In this document: positions 16,769 to 21,558 of the stretch, one piece after another
Numbering within the stretch: position 1 is the stretch's first letter
Layout: each line of letters starts with the position of its first letter
Assembly: GCA_045046875.1 (NCBI GenBank)
Contig: JASFYY010000088.1
Coordinates: 1 to 21,558, forward strand
Origin: Verrucomicrobiota bacterium
Lineage (GTDB): Bacteria; Verrucomicrobiota; Verrucomicrobiia; Verrucomicrobiales; DEV007
Length of the DNA: 21,558 nucleotides
Direction of reading: 5' to 3'
Notes under the pieces: model-generated
Seen by the model: only the letters and a program-made list of their open reading frames with translations
The model's database searches: none
What the model was told of the DNA's origin: nothing
Translations under genes and position numbers: made by a program

Positions 16769-18052
16769 ATGAAATTGAAATTTGCCCTCATTTTCTCAGT
16801 TTGTATCCTTACTACTGGGGTCGGTGCCTCAAAAGCAATCGCAGCAAAAGCCTCTTCCGGAGAGGTTAAGGTCAGCCATGCCGTGCTCACTCAACAACTC
16901 TCACAGGAGAAAGAAAAAGTGAAACAGCTGGAAACAGAAGTCGCCGAATTGAAAAAAACGGTTACATCGCTCAAATCGATGCTGGGGAATTCGCAAAATT
17001 CTACCGCTGAGGCCACTTCAACCGGACCACAAAAATACGTGATCAAAGGCGGCGAAACCATCACCGAAATCGCCAATCGTCACCATATCTCTAGAGAGAA
17101 GTTGATGAAAATGAACGGCATCAGCGAAAACCAACAAATCTACATCGGCGACGAATTGATCATCCCTGCCACTCTTCTAGCCGAAACCGAAGAGGACACG
17201 ATTGTTGTCGCTTCCGCCGACCAAACTCCAGCCCCGATAAAAACCACCCCGGCACCTGCCGAAAAGGTGATCCCTATTGCATGGACCCTGACCGAAAAAA
17301 GTGAGAAAGTCGAAAAAGCCAAAAGCCAGACAGCTCCAGCTCCAGTTGTGGAAGTTGCTGCGAAAAAAGAAGTGGAGGTAAAGACCACCACCCCGGTAAT
17401 CGCCGAAGTCATTGCACCGGAAAAAATCGAAACTCCCGAAACCATCACTGTGGCCGACAGCGCCCCGGCAGTCGTCATACAAGACAGCGCACCAGTTATC
17501 ACCCCAAGCGCTCCGGAAAAACCCACTGTCACTGAAAAAATCACCCTCGTCGAAAGCCCTGAAATTGAAACCACGGTAGCCGAAGTAAAAACTCCCGACA
17601 TCACACCCACCTCCCCCGAAACTGAAAAAGGTTACAGCTTTTACACCATCAAATCTGGTGACAATCTGGGCAAAATTGCCAAAAACCATGGCATCACCAT
17701 AGGCTCCCTGATGAGTTTCAACCAAATCACCAACCCCAACAAAATTGGTGCCGGACAAAAATTGAAAATCCCATCAAAGGAAACCGCCAAATCGCTTTCC
17801 AAAGTCAAACCCTCCCCAGTCACCACACTGGTCAGCGCTGACAATGACAAACCCAAAGCTGGTGACGCTTACGGGGTTTACACAGTGCAGACCGGCGACA
17901 CTCTCTACGGTTTGGCCCGCGACTTTTTCACCACCGAAAAAGAATTGCAAAACCTCAACAAAATGGGCAAAAACACCAAGATCGTTCCCGGTCAGGAATT
18001 GATCGTTCCCACCGCTGAATACTTCAAGAAAAACGAGCTGGCGAATAACTGA
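16769..18052 (+). CDS. LysM peptidoglycan-binding protein (3 LysM domains, coiled coil, P/T/E/A-rich linker)
   Basis: Signal peptide; coiled coil (LSQEKEKVKQLETEVAELKKTV); LysM repeats YVIKGGETITEIA..., YTIKSGDNLGKIA..., YTVQTGDTLYGLA.... Confidence 0.92.
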   Translation: MKLKFALIFSVCILTTGVGASKAIAAKASSGEVKVSHAVLTQQLSQEKEKVKQLETEVAELKKTVTSLKSMLGNSQNSTAEATSTGPQKYVIKGGETITEIANRHHISREKLMKMNGISENQQIYIGDELIIPATLLAETEEDTIVVASADQTPAPIKTTPAPAEKVIPIAWTLTEKSEKVEKAKSQTAPAPVVEVAAKKEVEVKTTTPVIAEVIAPEKIETPETITVADSAPAVVIQDSAPVITPSAPEKPTVTEKITLVESPEIETTVAEVKTPDITPTSPETEKGYSFYTIKSGDNLGKIAKNHGITIGSLMSFNQITNPNKIGAGQKLKIPSKETAKSLSKVKPSPVTTLVSADNDKPKAGDAYGVYTVQTGDTLYGLARDFFTTEKELQNLNKMGKNTKIVPGQELIVPTAEYFKKNELANN

Positions 18053-18066
18053 GCCACGTTTCAGCA

Positions 18067-18090
18067 GACAGATATGAAAATCTGTCCTAC
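18067..18090 (-). repeat. REP-like element (GTAG + perfect 7-bp hairpin)
   Basis: The - strand reads GTAG GACAGAT TTTCAT ATCTGTC. It shares the consensus GTAGGACRGRT-N6-AYCYGTC with 7709-7732. Confidence 0.72.
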
Positions 18091-18105
18091 GGTGGGTCAA
18101 CCCTT

Positions 18106-18873
18106 ATGAAACCCCGCCGCTCCTTTTTTATTTACGCCCTTTCCTTGCTCTGCCTGATCACCACTGGTGACAGGATTTTAGCTCAAAGCGAAATCTCCTC
18201 CCTAGGGGAGCAACTCATAGCGGCTTTCAAAGCTGAAGATTACACCTTGGTGCTCAGCCTAACAGAAAAGACCAAATCCCCTATCAGGCATCAAGCCCGC
18301 TCATCGGCTTTTGAACGACGTGGAGAGCAACGCTTCTTCGCAGGCAAAATCAAAGACTCCATCGCCGACTTTGATCAGTACATCGCCCTCAATCCCGAGC
18401 GAGAACCCCACCATTGGCAACGCGGCATCGCCTATTATTACGCGGCGGCCTATACCAAAGGCAAAGCTCAGTTTGAAATCCATCAAACAGTGAACTCCCA
18501 GGACGTGGAAAACGCCGTCTGGCATTTTCTTTGTGCGGTTCGTGCTCCCGAAGGCCAGGTCGAACAAGCCCGCAAAAAATTCATCCCCATCGACAGCGAC
18601 CAGCGCATCCCGATGAAAGAGATTCATGACCTGTTCGCCGGAAGCGGCAGTGAACAAGCGGTGCTCGATGCCGCCCGATCAGACAAGCCCAATGCAGAAG
18701 ACCTGCGCAACCAGCTCTGTTACGCCCACCTCTATCTTGGACTCTACTACGAAGCCCTCGGCCAAAAGGACAAATCCGCTCAGCACATCCGCCTCGCGGC
18801 CAATGACTACAAAATGGATCACTACATGGGCAAAGTCGCCCAGGTTCACGCCCAACTCAGAGGCATAAAATAA
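18106..18873 (+). CDS. Exported tetratricopeptide repeat protein (NlpI-like)
   Basis: TPR patterns AFERRGEQRFFAGKIKDSIADFDQYIALNP, WQRGIAYYYA and YAHLYLGLYYEALG; N-terminal signal-like segment. Confidence 0.85.
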   Translation: MKPRRSFFIYALSLLCLITTGDRILAQSEISSLGEQLIAAFKAEDYTLVLSLTEKTKSPIRHQARSSAFERRGEQRFFAGKIKDSIADFDQYIALNPEREPHHWQRGIAYYYAAAYTKGKAQFEIHQTVNSQDVENAVWHFLCAVRAPEGQVEQARKKFIPIDSDQRIPMKEIHDLFAGSGSEQAVLDAARSDKPNAEDLRNQLCYAHLYLGLYYEALGQKDKSAQHIRLAANDYKMDHYMGKVAQVHAQLRGIK

Positions 18874-18896
18874 ATCAGGCTCTACCTGCTTACCAC

Positions 18897-19298
18897 TCAA
18901 TCATCCTGCCCCGCCCACGCCTCCACTTCAGGCTCCAACCACACTTGCTCCAGCGCAGATGACGCCCACTGCTGCGAATCTTGCTGACGTTTCAACATCC
19001 GCACCGCCACCACTTGAACCGCAGGCAGTTCACTCCATAAAACCTGCGCCAAAAAACGCCACTGCTCCCCCGCTTTGAAGCGGCGCGGTTCACTCACCTG
19101 CTCAAAACAATCACAACAAAGCAATAAACACTTCTCCAAGTCGGGTTCACTCGCCATGGGAGTAACTTCATAAGTAAGCATTTTCACACCTCCGGTCTCA
19201 CAAAGTTCACATTTCGACCTAGCCCGGCGTGTTAGATCCTTGCCTAACAACGCTAAGCTCGACAATCTCAACTGATTTGCCTCGTATCCTTTTCCCAT
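18897..19298 (-). CDS. PhnA-like zinc-ribbon domain protein
   Basis: LTRRARSKCELC...CLLLCCDC...WRFLAQVLWSELPAVQVVAVRML. ATG 19298 is preferred over GTG 19352. Confidence 0.75.
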   Translation of the reverse strand: MGKGYEANQLRLSSLALLGKDLTRRARSKCELCETGGVKMLTYEVTPMASEPDLEKCLLLCCDCFEQVSEPRRFKAGEQWRFLAQVLWSELPAVQVVAVRMLKRQQDSQQWASSALEQVWLEPEVEAWAGQDD

Positions 19299-19355
19299 CT
19301 TTCTCGAATCTTCCTTGCAGTGAAATTTTTCAGCTTTTTGGAACCCCCTCACATA

Positions 19356-19390
19356 AAATATTATTTATTATGAAAATATAAATAATATTT
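19356..19390. promoter_or_regulatory. Perfect 13-bp A/T-only inverted repeat in a divergent promoter region (candidate operator)
   Basis: AAATATTATTTAT (19356-19368)-N9-ATAAATAATATTT (19378-19390). Confidence 0.5.
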
Positions 19391-19470
19391 GTACTAGCGA
19401 CAAGGCCTTATCTCAGTATGATCTTTCTATTAGAATTATCAAGTTCAACCAACACCCATAAAAAACTACC

Positions 19471-20844
19471 ATGAACGAAAATCCCTTACAAAATCTCAGC
19501 GATAAGATGCACAAACGGCGCGATTTTATCAAAACCTCTGCCGGAACCGCTGTCGCGGTTGGAGCCCTTTCTGCCTCGATCTCACGTGGTGAAGGCATCC
19601 CGGCTGACAAAAAAATCAAGATCGGTTTCATCGGCACCGGAGGTCGTGGCACAGGTGCCGCTGCTCAGGCCTTAAGCGCAGACGACAACATGGAACTGCA
19701 TGCAGTGGGTGATGTCTTTCAAGAGCAAATCGACAAATCTCTCACCACTCTCTCGAAAAATGCCAAATTTAAGGACAAGGTCCAAGTTCCCAAAGAACGG
19801 CAATTTGTTGGCATGGACGCTTACCAACGAGTCATCGATTCGGGCGTGGATCTGGTCATTCTGACTACTACTCCTGGTTTTCGCCCACAGCATCTGAAGG
19901 CCGCCGTAGAAGCAGGCAAACACATCTTCACCGAAAAACCCATGGCCGTTGATGCCGCAGGCGTGAAGAGTTGCTTGGAAACCGTAGCCCTTTCCAAAAC
20001 CAAACCGATTGCCATGGTCGCTGGATTTTGCTGGCGTTACCACCCTGCCCGTCGCGAAGCTTACAAAAAAGTCTTGGAAGAAGGCCTCATCGGTGACATC
20101 ACTGCAGTTTATGCCACTTACTACTCCGGTTATTCTAAACCCCACCTGGCACCGAGTGAACGTGGCGCCAACGAAAGCGATATTGAATGGCAAATCCGCA
20201 ACTGGTATAACTACTCATGGCTCGGCGGTGGAGGACTGGTTGAACAAGCGATCCACAGTGTCGATAAAATCGGCTGGGTGATGGGCGACCAAAGCCCCAT
20301 CTCCTGTCGCTCGGTAGGCGGACTGCAAGTGCCGCAGGAAGGTGGCAACATCTTTGACCACATTCACGCTTCCTACGAGTACCCCAACAATGTCTGGTGC
20401 CACCTCGGCCAAAGAAAATTGCCGGGATGTTTTGGAGAAAATGCTGACTACGTCGTAGGCACCAAAGGCAAGTTGATCATAGGTAAAGGTAAAGACCCTT
20501 ACATCGAAGACCACAGCGGCAAGGTGATTTGGAAATGGCGCACACCACGCAAAAATGCAGGCGAGCAAAATATGTACCAAGTGGAGCACAACGAATTGTT
20601 TGCCTCCATCCGCTCAGGCAACTTCATCAACGATGGTGATCGCATGATCAACTCCACCATGCTAGGGATCATGGCGCGTATCGCTGCTCATTCAGGACAA
20701 AAAGTGACCTGGGAGCAAGCCCTGAATTCAGGGGAGGATTTGGGACCAGATGAACCGGCTTGGAGCGACAGCTTCAAACCCAACTCAGTGCCCATGCCCG
20801 GCACAGTTAAAGACAAATTGGTTTACAATTACAAAGAAGCCTGA
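19471..20844 (+). CDS. Gfo/Idh/MocA family oxidoreductase with Tat signal
   Basis: KRRDFIK twin-arginine signal; IGFIGTGGRGTG; GKHIFTEKPMA; WQIRNW..SWLGGGGLVEQAIHSVD. Confidence 0.93.
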   Translation: MNENPLQNLSDKMHKRRDFIKTSAGTAVAVGALSASISRGEGIPADKKIKIGFIGTGGRGTGAAAQALSADDNMELHAVGDVFQEQIDKSLTTLSKNAKFKDKVQVPKERQFVGMDAYQRVIDSGVDLVILTTTPGFRPQHLKAAVEAGKHIFTEKPMAVDAAGVKSCLETVALSKTKPIAMVAGFCWRYHPARREAYKKVLEEGLIGDITAVYATYYSGYSKPHLAPSERGANESDIEWQIRNWYNYSWLGGGGLVEQAIHSVDKIGWVMGDQSPISCRSVGGLQVPQEGGNIFDHIHASYEYPNNVWCHLGQRKLPGCFGENADYVVGTKGKLIIGKGKDPYIEDHSGKVIWKWRTPRKNAGEQNMYQVEHNELFASIRSGNFINDGDRMINSTMLGIMARIAAHSGQKVTWEQALNSGEDLGPDEPAWSDSFKPNSVPMPGTVKDKLVYNYKEA

Positions 20845-20866
20845 GTCTAGATAAATCCAATTCATG

Positions 20867-20904
20867 AAAAAGCGGGCAGGTCTTCGACTTGCCCGCTTTT
20901 TTTT
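20867..20904 (+). terminator. Rho-independent terminator (potentially bidirectional)
   Basis: AAAAAGCGGGCAGGTC TTC GACTTGCCCGC TTTTTTTT, 22 nt after the stop codon. Confidence 0.9.
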
Positions 20905-20936
20905 ATAACCATTTATTAATTTAAAATCACTAGCCC

Positions 20937-21374
20937 ATGACAGAGAGCGAACTCATTCAGAAACTAGAAAAAATTGAGTGCCTTTTTTCAGGTGCCAAAA
21001 CGGACGGTGAACGTGATGCAGCAGCCAATGCCCGTGAACGCGTCCAGACCAGACTAAACGACATTGCAGCAAAAGAGACTGCTACTGAATACAAATTTTC
21101 CCTCACGGATCAATGGAGCCGCTCGCTCTTTATCGCCCTATTGAGACGTTACGGAATCAGCCCCTACCGCTTGTACCGTCAACGCCGAACAACAGTGATG
21201 GCAAAAATCCCGAAGTCATTTCTAGACGACACCCTTTGGCCTGAATTCTCTGAACTCAGTAAAGTCTTGCATGATTACATTTCTGAAATCACCAACAAAG
21301 TGATAAGTGAACACATCCATACAGACGCATCTGAAGCCGAGGTTAAGGATGACCCGAAACAGCTGGAATCTTGA
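20937..21374 (+). CDS. Conserved hypothetical protein with DUF2786-like N-terminus
   Basis: IQKLEKIECLFSGAKTDGERDAAANARERV resembles the DUF2786 helix-hairpin, followed by WSRSLFIALLRRYG.PYR..RQRRTTVM..LWPEF. GC content is visibly lower than in core genes. Confidence 0.75.
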   Translation: MTESELIQKLEKIECLFSGAKTDGERDAAANARERVQTRLNDIAAKETATEYKFSLTDQWSRSLFIALLRRYGISPYRLYRQRRTTVMAKIPKSFLDDTLWPEFSELSKVLHDYISEITNKVISEHIHTDASEAEVKDDPKQLES

Positions 21375-21389
21375 GAATTACGATCCCCC

Positions 21390-21558
21390 TCAAACAATCA
21401 CATCAGCTTTCAAATCCCGTAATACCCGCAAGTCCCCCCACTGCGCCCCACGCATCTTACGCCCGCCGTCCTTACGGCGCTCTCCAAATTGGTCCCTCTT
21501 GCTCTCAAAAAACTCATCCACATACCTCTGACTGCCCAACACCGCCCCATCGGTAAAA
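21390..21558 (-). mobile_element. 3' end of a second RAYT-like transposase gene (5' part outside the window)
   Basis: Manual translation of 21557->21390 gives FTDGAVLGSQRYVDEFFESKRDQFGERRKDGGRKMRGAQWGDLRVLRDLKADVIV*, 39/49 aa identical to the C-terminus encoded at 5687-5833. Confidence 0.88.

Noticed and set aside
18862..18885. Possible further GTAG hairpin (GTAG AGCCTGA TTTATT TTATGCC, - strand)
   Set aside because: The stem is weak with two mismatches, and half of it lies in coding sequence.
21307..21556. + strand ORFs 21307..21531 and 21371..21556, and hairpin CGCCGT-CCTT-ACGGCG (21464-21479)
   Set aside because: They lie antisense to, or inside, the RAYT paralogue coding sequence. The hairpin is not preserved in the other copy's codons.
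4826..21558. Composite transposon bounded by two inverted transposase genes
   Set aside because: The two copies are heavily diverged at synonymous sites and share no visible flanks, and the enclosed genes look like native chromosomal genes with the local strand skew.
1..21558. CRISPR array, tRNA, rRNA, riboswitch, prophage
   Set aside because: No regularly spaced direct repeats, cloverleaf-like sequences or phage genes were seen. The intergenic regions are short and accounted for by terminators, promoters and REP-like hairpins.

Overview
A bacterial window, most likely from a member of the Verrucomicrobiota (PVC). This is inferred from the gene content: a DUF1592/DUF1552 pair, a sulfatase, a Tat-exported Gfo/Idh/MocA protein and a PVC-type ResB/CcsA cluster. 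Left to right the genes are: a partial secreted alpha/beta hydrolase (- strand, missed by the ORF track); a DUF1592 cytochrome-c-motif protein and DUF1552; a long HUH/Y1 REP-associated tyrosine transposase (RAYT-like); an arylsulfatase; an Ldh_2 oxidoreductase-SDR-DUF368 cluster; an orphan membrane protein; an amino-acid-binding lipoprotein; a Rid-family protein; a lipoprotein-resB-ccsA cytochrome c maturation operon; a 3xLysM protein; a TPR protein; a PhnA-like zinc-ribbon protein; a Gfo/Idh/MocA oxidoreductase; a DUF2786-like protein; and the 3' end of a second, diverged RAYT paralogue (also missed by the ORF track). The most notable hidden signal is a dispersed set of up to six 24-nt GTAG-hairpin (REP-like) elements. 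Two of them show compensatory stem changes and four form two inverted doublets. They share the window with two RAYT paralogues whose C-terminal 24-aa motif is identical although 16 of its 24 codons differ synonymously. No rRNA, tRNA or CRISPR array was seen. All family assignments come from motif recognition, not from database searches.
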